DNA from: Trichosphaerium sp. ATCC 40318
Lineage: Eukaryota; Protista; Tubulinea
DNA: 64,000 bases
NCBI GenBank assembly: GCA_038496445.1
Contig: JALMLS010000455.1
Coordinates: 744,001 to 808,000 of the forward strand
Direction of reading: 5' to 3'
Position numbers and translations under genes: made by a program. The notes beneath the pieces were generated by a model, which was not told the origin of the DNA, ran no database searches, and saw only the letters and a program-made list of their open reading frames with translations. Position 1 is the stretch's first letter, and each line of letters opens with the position of its first letter. This document shows, one piece after another, positions 1 to 12,800 of the stretch.

Positions 1-1513
1 TCTTGGTACGATGTTATCAGTATCAATTGGTGCTTGTTGTTTAGGCGAAGAATCATGATTGTCCTAAAGGTAAGTTACAATGTCAATGTGAATAAGTTGT
101 TACATACACTGTCTTCGCTATTTTGGTTTGTTTCAACCTCTTCTTTGTTTTCTTCAACATCTTGTTTGTTACATACATTGTCGTCAATTGCTGCTTGTTG
201 TTGAGGCGAAGAATCATGATTGTCCTAAAGATGAGTTACGATGTGAATGTGAATACGTTGTTACATACATTGTCTTCACTATCTTGTTTTGTCTCAAGCT
301 CTTCTTTGTTTTCTTCAACATCTTGTTTGTTACAAGTATTGTCATCAATATTTTGTTTTGTTTCAAGCTCTTCTTTGTTTTCTTCAACCTGAATATCCTT
401 TTTAGGTAGTTCAAACTCCCGACGAGTATGTTGAATAACTTCATTGGATATAGCCGTATCTTCAGCATGTTTCTCTCTGAACATGCCTACTACACCTGAT
501 ACCAAAGAAGATAGTCTACCTCTCCTGTGTTTTGGCGGATGATTGTGTTTCTTGTGTGCAGATTCCAAAGAAGATGCTCTACGTCTCTTGTGTTTTGGTG
601 GATGCCTGCGTTTCGACGGATGATTGAGTTTCTTGTGTATGGACCCTGTGTTTGTTTAACATGCATACGAGAAATGGGTCGTACTATAAGCGTCTGGTTT
701 CACCATGTATGACGCACAAGCTTCAAATATTTCTTTAACATTTATCATATTTTTCGCAGAACACTCAATGTAATCAAACGCTCCAATATCTTTTGCCATT
801 TCAATACCTATTTATTGTTACGTCAATAATTAATGTATGTTCTATTATCACGTGATTTTGTACCTTCGTTGCAAGTGATAGGAGATTGATTTGCTAATAG
901 TTTAATAGTTTCTGAGTCATCTCTTAGTTCTAATTGAGCGCCAACAAGCAAACACTGAGCATTCTTAGGACAATGTTGTTTGCATTCCGCATACCACTAT
1001 ATACGCATTACTTTTACAATAACAACGTAAAAAAACAGCATACCTTAACCTTTGCAGACTCAAAGCTCAGAGGGTTTACAATAGAGAAAACAACTACGTA
1101 AATATTGATTCCCTAAAATGAAAGTGAGATTTACAATTCCAAAAAACGACTAAAAGTATTGTACAGAATTGTATCTTAATTTTCTGACGCGGTCTAATTT
1201 CTCAGATCCGCTCTACAAAAGGAGTGTTAATCTTATTTAATTTAATTTTCTTTAATTCAAAAGGAGTCTTACAATGTCTATAATAAGCAAGCGAGCTCTT
1301 TTACCATCAACAACTATCTCGCCTAAATAGAAATTAAAATAAAATTACTAAAAAACAAAACTAGTAAATATTTGTTCTGGTACTTGTAAAGTCATCTACG
1401 ACTGTAGGTGTATAATCAACAGGATGTTTACTTCGGTACGTGGCTAGTATTTCTTGTTTGACATCGTTCAATCTATCTCCTACAAACAACACTCGATATT
1501 CAGGCTCGGCCAT
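1..1513 (-). CDS. Atypical Rho/Rac-family small GTPase with long acidic repetitive C-terminal extension (multi-exon; 3' end runs off the window)
   Basis: Spliced translation from ATG at 1513: MAEPEYRVLFVGDRLNDVKQ..YTPTVVDDF..IVVDGKRARLLIIDISGSEKLDRVRKLRY..VVVFSIVNPLSFESAKVKWYAECKQHCP..LLVGAQLELRDD..GIEMAKDIGAFDYIECSAK. This follows the Rho-family motif order. GT-AG introns keep the frame. Confidence 0.85.
31..390 (-). repeat. Tandem exon+intron repeat (161-bp period) and 66-bp coding repeat (VEENKEE.ET.Q) in the Rho tail
   Basis: aatcatgattgtcctaaag recurs at 51 and 212. The unit is a 117-nt exon plus a 44-nt intron. cttctttgttttcttcaac occurs three times. Confidence 0.8.
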
Positions 1514-2223
1514 CTTGAAAATAATGAGACGACTTTAGACTTGTTTTGAAGCGTTAAGTATACACGAAAGATGATAATACGTGCACAAGATACGGCCTTA
1601 GTTGTAAGATAATACCGTAATATTACATACGTGATTATACATTTTGGGTTCAACTTTGGACCGTGAACCGTTTTGTTCGCTTTTTATGAATTTTATTGTT
1701 ACTTTTTAGCGAAAGCAGTCTTGATCACGTGAACTCAATTCTAAAATATTGTCGGGACATTTATTAGCTATTTACGTAAATCTCAATACAATTGTGTATT
1801 TCTCAAAGTTCACAATGGATATCTTCTAGAATACGTACCCAATATTGTGACATTGTTTTATGCGACAAGCGCGTAAACTTGAAAAAAAAAAAAGAGCAAA
1901 GGTTCGATTTAAGCCATTTTTTCTAATCTCTGTGAGTACTCCCAATACACTGTTTTACGCGTAAGGAAACGTTTTATAACACTCATTATCCCAAACTGTG
2001 TGCCATTGTAAAACATTTTGTTGACGTAAATAGCGTTTGGGTACCTTATTATTGAGCGTCTGAAGTATGTATCAGGGTTTTATGAGGGTAACAGCCTTCA
2101 ATACTTTTTGTGGTTGAACGAACTTCTTTCTTCTCAATTACGCTAATGTAGCACTCTATTGGCATTTTAAATTAAACTAGCGTAATTAAAACAGTTCCAG
2201 TACAACTACAAAACTGTACAATT

Positions 2224-2976
2224 TTTTTTTTTATTAAGTCAGTTTATTGACACGACGGTACATTCCGCACATGTTTACACATGAAGTACAGCAAAAACTA
2301 AGGGTTACGATCCCTTCGCCGTTAAACGATTAAATAGGTGGACCACACCTGCTAGCTAGAGCAAAGGCATGTATAAGTAGGATTTGTCTTTTGGGTTTTT
2401 AAGTCTATTTTCTACCAGAGCCATTTCTTTTTCAATCAGTGATCGGTGTTTAGTGAAAGAGGGGAGCCCTTCTGAGTGTCGGGCTGCATTATACGCTATC
2501 CAAGTCCGTTTTATAAGGATTGCCAGGTAAAGTTGGTTAATTGGGCTAAGAGAAGATAGAGAATGCAAGGTGTCAGAACAGAATTGAAAGTTAAGTCTAA
2601 GATTTTTAGCAATGATGGTAGTAACATAGTAAGGAGGAGATTTGAAGAGGATCCACATAATATGGTCTTGTTCAGCGTCATAGGCGCATCGAAGTGTGCG
2701 AAGGATTGCTCTAAGTAGGTAATCTCTGAGTATAGGGAATATTTTGAAGTGGTTGCCCGAGTGTAGAACTTTGAAGGTGTTTTCCAGTTTAAGGCCATAC
2801 TTGATTAGCATCTCTTTGATACGAGCAGTTGGTTCGCCTTTATTAGCAGTAGAAAGTTTATAAAGTTGTTTGGCGCTTCTCGGTTTAGGGCCTACAGCAT
2901 CTATAACTTCATCTAAAGAGCAGTTTATGAATTTGGTGTTGAGGGATATCCAGGCGTTTCTACAAATTGTGAAATG
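2224..2976 (-). mobile_element. 5'-truncated non-LTR retrotransposon (LINE; L1/Tx1-like ORF2 C-terminus, 3'UTR, poly(A))
   Basis: Intronless open frame ending at 2356 with ORF2 C-terminal-like motifs (LRDYLLRAILRTL, EQDHIMWILFKSP, TWIAYNAARH). A ~120-nt 3'UTR with AATAAA and poly(A) at ~2222-2232 follows. The direct repeat aaaactgtacaatt at 2210-2223 and 2977-2990 is the TSD. Confidence 0.85.
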
Positions 2977-3856
2977 AAAACTGTACAATTCAAAAGAGGA
3001 AGCACCGTTCAAAATAGAAACGTGTTATCAGTGTAGGATAACCAGGGCTAGGCAAGTTATTTTCATTGTTGCATTTGATCACGTGTCAAAAATAATAAAT
3101 TTCATAACAACTTATAAGAAATCCGGTAAGTGATCCGACGCACTACAGGATTCAACTTTGTTGATAACACTGCACATTGGTTGGAATGCTACGACGTATC
3201 TATGGTTTTTATTTTTACAACAAAGTGAGTAGGACGGTGCATAGTTAACTACATTATAGACACGTTTATGGAACGGCAGACATTCAACTGTATTTTGGTT
3301 GAACCAATTTTGGCTTGTCAGCAAGGACTGTTATGTAAATCGCAACAAAATATGTACAGTTTATTGAGGTAGCAGGAAAATCAGCAGTGTGAGCTTTTAT
3401 GCATATGACAAAAGAAAAGATGTGAGCGTTCCGCGTCCTAGAAAAATAGCACGTGAAATCCTGAGGTACAGGAAAACGATAAAGACAATCAAAAAATAAC
3501 ATACAAAACAACATAACATCACTACTCATGAGACATGAATGCGATTAAAAAAACCTTAGATTAAATGAGTAATATAATAAGTTTTGAGGTAATGTAAGTC
3601 TTTGATTTGTGTTTGAAGATTTATTGTACAATTTTTTGAATTCACATACATTCCAAGTAAGTTTTTTTTTGTTTTTTGTTTTTGGACGGCTCCTTTTGTT
3701 CATTTTTCTTTTTTTTTGAGTATTGGTATTTGCTGGACAAAGAACAGTTGTCCAGACAAAAAAAATTGAACCAAAGATAAAAAAAAAGAAGCAAGAAGCG
3801 GAGAGCGTCCCAAAAAAAATTGAATGTGTTGGTTTTTTTTTTTTGATTTTTTTCTC

Positions 3857-6800
3857 TTATTGATTGTCTGATGGACGTATCCGCCAGTTATTAAATGCAG
3901 ATCGTCCTCTATCATTAGTTATATGCGATGTGGTGCCATTATTATTATCAGTGCGTCTATTGACCTAAAAAAAAGCCAAATCAGTAAACAGTCAATTCAA
4001 GAAAAAAATAAGAAAAAAAGTTGAAGGAGATTTTTTTTCCTTCCATCGGTTGGTCCTTAAAAGGTGGGGCAGTAAAAAAGATTTATATGTACCTTATGTG
4101 GATTATCCCAAACTCTGTTGTTATGGTGAGGTTTATTATTATGATTACCATTAGGAGCTTGCCCAAATCTACCAACATTTGTGAAATTTTTTGGTGGTTG
4201 TGCAATAAGAATTGGCTGTTCATCAACTTCTTGCCGCACTACAAAAATATCATTAGTACAAAATTACACAACAATAAATAATACTTTAAGACAATAACTC
4301 AGCAAGCCAATTTAAGCTAAGGAGAACCAAGAAATTATGCGAATATTTTGGGTTTTGAACAAAGCAAGAAAGAAAAAAAACAAGACCAGAAAAAAGTTGC
4401 AACAAAATGTACCTGGTTGAGCATCAAAATTTGGTGTGTATCCTTGGTTAGGGTCTATAGTATCACGCCGCGAATTATTATTTCTAAACAGAAAAAAAAT
4501 CAGCACAAGAGTTACCAACAAAGCAAGAAAGAAACAAGGAGTAAAAAAAAAAAAAAAGCAAAAAAGAAAAAAAGCAAACAAAAAAAAATGTTTTGCAGGT
4601 TTTTTTTTAGCCAACAAAACTTGCCGTCGCCGTTTGTGCGGAGAGTATTGAACTCTTGCGGGTTGCCTCCGCGACACCGCAGGTCGCTTCAACACGGATG
4701 ACTTGTGGTTTTTAGGCAGCATATTAGGTACATTGACGAGCCGCACTTCATTTTGGTCTGTAGAGCCAATCGTCGAATTAGAAAAATCGACTTGAGGTTG
4801 CATCGGAGCAACACGAATTCCACCTCCATTGCTACTAACGTTTTGAGGTGATATCACTGAAGGTTTCATTGGCATCAGAGGTTGAGAAAGATCAATCTTT
4901 ATACCTACTGAAGAAGCAGAGAGACTAGAAGAAAGAGGTCTTTCATCTCTTGGTCCAGTATTAAAACTCTTAGAAATCGGATTATTTATCGAAAGACCAC
5001 TGTTGTTGCTATGAGGTACTCTAGTATCACGTCTACTGTTAGCCAATGATGTACCACTACCACTTTTATGTAGCTTTCGTCTTTGAACTCCTGTGAATGG
5101 TTGTGGCGGTACACCAAATCCAACTGGTAGAGTATCAACAGAAGGACTCTTTGGTCTCATTTCTTGACCAGTAATACCAAAAACAACATCACTCTCACTT
5201 GAATCACTCTTCTTCTCATCAGATAAAGGAGATAGCTGCCTGTCATTGGTTTTCAATATAGATAAGTCTCTATCTCTATCATATGCTTCAATAAGCTCAG
5301 GAGCTGGATTTGGAATCAGATTGACAACATCATCAATGATTGGAGAAGAAGAGACAACATTTGTTGAAGATGCTTTCTTCTTCTTCTTACCAATTTCAGC
5401 TTCTCGTTGCTTAATATTAGATATGAATGTATCAGCATTCATAGAAGAGTGTAATCCATCAGAAGAGCTTAAAGACGTTGACTTCCCACGGAAAGAAAAG
5501 GTCGTATGTGATGGATAAATTTGAGGCTTCATAGGATCTAGTTGAATGCCACCAAGGTTTTGATGTACTGTGGGACGTGAAGGTAATGGTGTTCGTACGT
5601 GTTGGTGCGTTTTAACGCCTCCTCGTGGTGAAGGCCTTGGTAATAGGTTACTAGGCGATTGAGGGACTGTAGGACTCGAAGACAAGCTCAGCAACCCATT
5701 TGGAAGGAGATGAGGAGCGTGGTTTGGTGTTGTGTTGATAGCAGGCGAAATACGCTTAAAAGCTGTTAAGCCGTTACCAGAGTTCCGAAGAATTGGTCTG
5801 TGAGGTGTTGGGATCTCAACTGACGAAGAAAGGCCAAGGGACCTGTCTCCAAGTGTTGGAGATGGAGGTTTTGTTGATGCAGGCTCAATTGACATAGGAG
5901 ACTCTTGAGAACTCTGAAGCGTAGCCTTGTCATCCGCTAAAAGAAGAAAAAAAATCAGTACTTAAGCCAGTGAATAAACGTTAAGTTGTGTTCAAAGAGA
6001 TGAACAAAAAATTCTTTCTTGCGTACCCTGCTTGACAACGAACGATGAAACATTTGTATCAAGCGTTGTAGGTGTAGATACTGTATTTTCAACGTCATCA
6101 GAAGCTTCTTGGTCCGCTTCATCAACGTCCATAGGCGAGTCAGAGCAGCTCTCACAAAACCATTTTGGTAGATTCAATACACGAAGAGATTCTTCATCAG
6201 AAAGTTTTAAGCATGTTGTGTGGTATCCTATAAGTTAAGAGTTAATTAAAAAGCAACCAAAAACCAAACATGTCTGCAAAGAAGCCATCAAATGCAGCTT
6301 TTTGTCAAAATATCAAACAAAAACTGCTTTGCACAAAAAACGTTGTTCATCGTCGTACCTTGCTCGCACTTATCACAAAGGATCATATTATGTTCAGGTG
6401 TTAGACTCTTACAGATTTCACAACCCTTAGAACCTAATCGTAGACATTCATCGCTACAATACCATGCAGGCCCTACAAGAAGAAAAAAAGTTTCAGCAAA
6501 CAAGTTTCTACGCTCAATCCTATTTTAGCGTACATAACAATCCAGTCTGCGATAGAGTACGATCACGGTCTTTTTCAAGTTCCAAGCAAGCAATATGAAA
6601 GCCTCAAACAACATTTAGTTCCAGTGAAATCGAGAAAAAAAATCATTCAAACAATCACCTTTTTCACATTGTTGGCAATAAATAGATGGCTTAAACTCAG
6701 CCTCGTGACCTTCAATGGACTCAGACCAAGCATCAGCGATTTGCGATTTACAAGTCTCACAAGTAGTATCATTCTTTCCCCAGCGATTGGTACCTAAAAA

Positions 6801-9800
6801 GAACTTGAGTAAGACCAAGACGAAAACAAAATCAAAAAAAAAAGAAAATCAAGCTCAAAATTTCGAATTACTACGTACCTAGACACCAGCTCTTGTGCAC
6901 CACACAGTTAAGACAATGAGCTCCTTTATGAGCAGATGCCTTTAGCTTGCGTTGAGAGTTCTTATTTCCGAATATAACACCGCAACGACATGGATTATCC
7001 ATTTCTGGGTCTCCATCAAGTGATCTAACCCACTCTTGCCAAACTTGACATTCCTTACGATGACTAGCTGTGCTAGAAGCCATAATATGACCACAAACAC
7101 CTACAATACCATTCAATACTCAAAAGAACAACAAAGAGTCGTAAAAAAACAGAAAAGAAAAGAGTTAAGTCGTACATCGATAAGGGAGTTTTGGGATTTG
7201 ATCAACATAAAATCGACCACGCTCGTCATAAACGCGAAGCTAATAATGTCAGTTACCCATAGAGATAGTAAAGAGAGAACTAATAAACAGAAGCGTACAT
7301 TGTAAGGTTGTAGAGTTCGCGAAACAGATACAATACGTTTAGAAACATCACCATCATCATATTGTGGTCGTAACGTTAGTTTTCCTGTACGTAATGAACG
7401 TGCAGCAGGAGCAGCACTAGGTGCGCCTGAAAGGCGTCTATAATGATACAGTTAGACTATAATGATAAAGAGATGTATACATACCGTTTCTTCCTTGGAT
7501 TGCCTTCATCTTGGTCAGCCAACCAAGAATAATCAACTCTATTTCTTTTTCTCAATTTAGGCGATTCCTCTTCCCTAAAAAAAGGTATCTAGTGTTAACA
7601 CTACTACTAGCCATCACAATACAACATAAAAAACTACGTACAGTCCAAACATCATGTTACGTTCACGTAACAAGTCACCTGGTCTTCTGGCAGCAAATGA
7701 TGTCATGAAACCACGATCGACTTCATAAACAAAGTATTCAACGGAACCTGTAAAAAAAAATATGTCAATAAAAAAAGGCCTAACTTAAAGATATTGTCTT
7801 TTAGACGTACCGGACTTCCATGAGAACGCATCAGACTTACTACGAATCTTACCCCAAGGCCACTTGAAAATCTCAGCAGGTGTACCATGAGAACGTGTTC
7901 TCCAAGGCTTGTATCGAGGAAATAAGTCTTTAGTTGTAATCAACCGAGTGCCATCTAGAGAGAAAAAAAAACAGTAAGTTCAAGCACACTTAAAACAAGA
8001 GGCACAGCAAAGATATGTACAACAATCAATAACAACGTATTGATGTTAAAACCATACAACACTTTTATATTAAGAAATATTTTGCCAAGCGAACCATGGC
8101 GCAAAGTGATGAAGTTCAAAAAAAAAATAAAAAAAAATAGACAAAAAGGTGTCTTCAAACTACTCGTACCTTTCATACACTCTCGGAAATGCTGTGTTAA
8201 AGGCATATTAACCTCTGCTGGAAAGCATACATTATTCATAAATACTACAGTAGCCTCTGTAATTAGACCAAGTGCTTGATCAGATAAAGCATCACATTGA
8301 ATAACTTTAGCTCTATCTGGTGTAACATCGGCATTAACCCGTCTAAGCTCTCGTCCATACCACCTGTACAGGTCGTTTGCACCTTCATTTAGATCTTCAC
8401 GGATCTCTACACCGATTCCCCTACAACCAGTCATAGCAGTCATTTGCATTACAACATTGCCAAGGCCTTGTTTAAAAAGGTAAGTAAAAAAAAAATCATA
8501 ACGAACAAAAAATTTCAACAAAAAGCTGTTAGCCTTACCAGATCCAATATCATAAAATACATCATTCTCGTTAATCTTAAGACGTGAAATAACATCATAA
8601 ACCCATTCAGGCATAGCTTCTCCATAAACCTCTTTGGTTTCGAGACCTGAAATGAAATGTTAAAAAAAGTACAACTCAAAAAAAAAAAGCTACAAACTGT
8701 TTTCATTTCGACTCACCTTTGTACTTGTTGAACATGCCATGATCTAGCTTAGATGAACGCCACATATTACCCCAAGCTGTTTCCCACTCGTTCAAGCTCA
8801 AATATCTCTTTGGCTTAGGAGGAGGCTCAACAACGCCTTGAGGCATCGATTTTACGACAATCGCTGTTTGATCTTCAGCCAATTCTCTTTCACTTTCTGG
8901 GACAGCTTGAGCCTTTGGAACATCAGGCATTGTAACATCAGGCATTGGAACATCAGTTTGTGGTACATCCATCGGAATCTTCAATACAATAGGCTTAGAG
9001 CTATCATTTTGATCATTCTCAGCGTCAGAAGAGGAGTTTGGCGTTTCGCCTTTTTTAGCAGCTTCTGCAGCATCTTTTTCGGCTTGTAAAGCGCTTATAC
9101 GCTCTCTTAATTCCTTATCTATCTTCTCAACACATTCACCATTAATAGCTCTTTCAAGAAGACCAGGTGCAGCAAACTCATAATGCCTTAGAATCTTACA
9201 TTCTGTTTTCATCTTTTGACGGCATATATTAGTCTTAGCACCATAAACATGTATGCGCATATCAGCAACATTATCAAGTATAACACCTAGAATAAATAAT
9301 TTAATAAACAAACAAAACACAATCAAGAAAAAAAGCAAAGAAAGTCGAAGAAAAAGAATTCTAAAGCAAGAAAAAATAAGAAAAAAAAGCGCACCACAAC
9401 CGAGACACATTAAACCATTTAGATGGAATACTCTACCATTTAGAGGTTCAAGATCAGCTTGATCTCTTAGTAAAGTATTATTCATTGTATCATCTGTACT
9501 ATCTGAGCTATCTCCATCATTAACAGCCTCATAAGGTCTCTTTCTCTTTTTATATCTAGATTTTGATTCCAAATGACTCTTCGTAACCTTAAGTGTTAAC
9601 CTATGGTTACGATATGACCGTAATGACTCATCAGAAGATCCATCTTGTAAACTAAAACTAGCAGAAGAGTCTGACGAGTTACCAAAAGTAAGACGCCTTC
9701 GCTTAGCATGATGAACTGCTTTTTTTCTTTTTTTAGTTCTAGATCCTTTTGGCCTTCCAGGACCTCTTCTCTTCTTAACAACTGGAGCACTCTGACGAGC

Positions 9801-12800
9801 TACACTCTTCTTTTTAATCTTTGTACTTCCTCTTTTAGTTCTTTTATCATATGTAGAGGAAGAGGTCTTAATAGTCTTGGTAGGTTTTGCCTTTTGTGGG
9901 CGCTCTTAAAAAATGTATTAATTTCGAATGAACTTGTAGAAAAATGATAAAAATCTTTCTTACCTGGACAATCACGTGAGTGTACACGTAATTCACGACT
10001 AGATCTGAATCGTTTGTTACACAATTTACATATTTCATTGCCTTCAGGCTGAAGAGATTTATCATAATTAATATATCTTTCCAAACGAGCCAACTCTTCA
10101 AGTTCTTTCATACCCTTACGACTCTTTTTCATCTGTTTTGGCTACAATAATAACATAAATAAATAATACACATCAACATACTAGAATAAAATACAAAAAA
10201 AAAGATAAAGTTTTTAGAGAGCGTGTAACGCCAAAAATAAAAATAGTAAGAAAAAAACAAGAAAGGAAAAAGAAAAGCGTACAGAAGATAAGACAGAAGA
10301 AACACTTCTCTCTCGCTTTCTAGGTTTTGAAACCTTCTCTCCTGGATCAACATAAAGACCACCATCATCTCTCTTACTCTTCTTTTTCTTAGAAGACTCA
10401 TTATCAACACTCTTAGAAAGACCACCAGAGCTTGATGAAAGAGATAAACGAGAAGAAGACCTAACCTTTCTTCTAGGTTTAGGAGGTTCAGGATTATACT
10501 CCTCACTATCTTTAAGCCTACTATCACTATGCTTGTTCCTATAAGACGAGCCAATAAAGTAGTCTGTATGCCTAACAGACTCACTCTCGCTGTCAGTCTG
10601 ATGAGGTCTATCTCCAATAACAACTTTTCTAACAATTGATCGTTTTCTTGTTGTATATACTTTACCCTCACTATCATCTGTGCTTTGACGTGGTCTATTA
10701 CCAATAACAACATTTCTTACTATCCTCTTTCTCTTCCTCTTTGATCTTCCTTCAGAAGCACCACTATTATGTAATGCTTGTGGAGCTTCAGCAACAGCTG
10801 CAAGAAGTAGAATACCATCATTAGCTTGCTCATCTGAACCGCTTGCTTCACATCTTTGGAAGCTCACTGAATCTTTAACACCACGATAACGAGAAGGAGA
10901 AGGTAAGTTATCATCAACTCGATTATCTCTGATCTGAGAATGATCTATTGCATCACCAATAGAACAAAGAACAGAAGCACCCTCTACATCAGCAGCAAGA
11001 GGCGCATTGTCATCAGAACCAGCGCTAGAACTAATAGGAGGTGGCGGGTTAAGCGGTGGTTCTTCACTGCCTGTAGGACCCGCTGAGGTGATGTGTGATG
11101 AATCAGAGTCGCTATTTGGAAGTAGGGACTCAGGCACAGCTGAAACAGGAATTTTTTGAATGTAGGTATCAGGAGGATGGTTATCACGGTCTGATGCTTC
11201 AGCTGATGCACTCATTTCATCTGAATCTGTAGGGCGGTTGCCAATATGTAATTCCAAAACAGGAGGCTTAGAAGGACACCCTGCTGATTCATAGGCTGCC
11301 CACATATTTCTAGTTACTCTACGCTTCCATGACTGCGTCCACCAACGCCCATTCTATTGGTATATTAAAAAAACAAGCCAAAAATTGTTAAACGCCGAAA
11401 ACGACTTAAAAGTAGTAGATATAGTATAAAGAACATACGTTATCCTTCTTTTTACCGTGTACTTGCTTTTTAGAAGCACTAGAGGTTTGTTTTGGCGCTT
11501 TAGGTCGTTTTGCCTTTGTGGTACTTGGTGTTGTGTTTTGGTTCTTTGGTGGTCTACCACGCTTCCTCTTAACAACTGGAGAGCCATTTGTAGCGCTCTA
11601 CATTAAGTTAGTATCAAGTTACAGCGTTAAAACCTTTTTACCTTTTTTGCTATTTTATTCTTTTTAGTAGGCGTCTTTTTAGCTTTCTTCCCTGTTGTAA
11701 CCGTTTTATCCTTAAGCGGACGCTTACGAGGTCTTCCACGCTTCTTTGGTAACTTTGGTGCTGCAGGTTCAGGAAGTGGATGTTTACGAGGACGTCCTCT
11801 GCCTCTTGGTGCTTTAGTGGCTGTTTGCTTTGGTGGTGGTTTCGGTTGCATCTTAAAAAACGTCAGCAAGGCAACAGGAGCAAACGAATGTAAATTGACG
11901 TCGATAGTCCCAATTCACTGATTTCATGTTTTTGTACCTCAGGTGTAAACCATTCTGGTTTTATCTTCTTGAATACAGGCACCCACTCACCAATAAGCTC
12001 ATTGAGCGTTTTACCCTTACACCTCCATTTACCCTTGTTACTCTTTCCTCTTGTAAATCCAAGTGCTTCCAAAAAAGCGGCGTAATCTACAAAAATACGT
12101 TAATTAAAGAAAAGCAGGTATCAATAGCAGTACCTGGATCTTTTGTACATAACGCCTTTGGGAACGATACAGAGGTCATTCGCTTTAACTGGTTTGAGCT
12201 TGCTGTCATTAGCATGAACGCAACGCCATACAAAGCCAAACAACCGCGATGTTTACGTAATATTTCACCTTTGGTCTAAGAAAAATCAGCAAAAACACTT
12301 TAAACTCACAGAATACGCACAGTTTGCATTATAGGTACACAAGTAGGACAAAACCAATCGCCATCAGGCACATCTTCCATATTTATGTCCAAACAAAACG
12401 TATGAAACCCACAGTTGCATAAATCACAAACAAGCATCTTATCACCATCATTTGGGTCTTTACACATTTTACAAGGCTGAGAAAAACGTCAGAATAACCG
12501 CCTTTACATCTACGCGTCTCACAAAAAAAAAATAAAACTACAACAGTACCATATCATCAGCAACAGATACTTCATCTGGGTCTACATCTATTTCAGGTTC
12601 CTTCTCAACACTATCAAATACAAAATTCGGTCCGCCTTCACTGTCGTCAGCAGCATGGGCGGATGAATCATTCTCACCTGGCTTAACAATGCCTGGGGTT
12701 GAGTTGTTAAATGCTTGAGAGTCTCCACTGCTCAATAGCGATGAGTATTGTGACGCCTATTAACCACGTAAGCAAATAGGAAAAAATGGCTACGCATTGG

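Noticed and set aside
2243-2333. Self-cleaving ribozyme in the LINE tail
   Set aside because: No hammerhead core (CUGANGA/GAAA) or other ribozyme consensus that I could match by eye.
4348-4701. Lys-rich or Phe-rich ORFs in the track (also 55887-56621, 57393-57947, 32986-33354)
   Set aside because: These are read-through of poly-T/A introns or antisense shadows of real genes.
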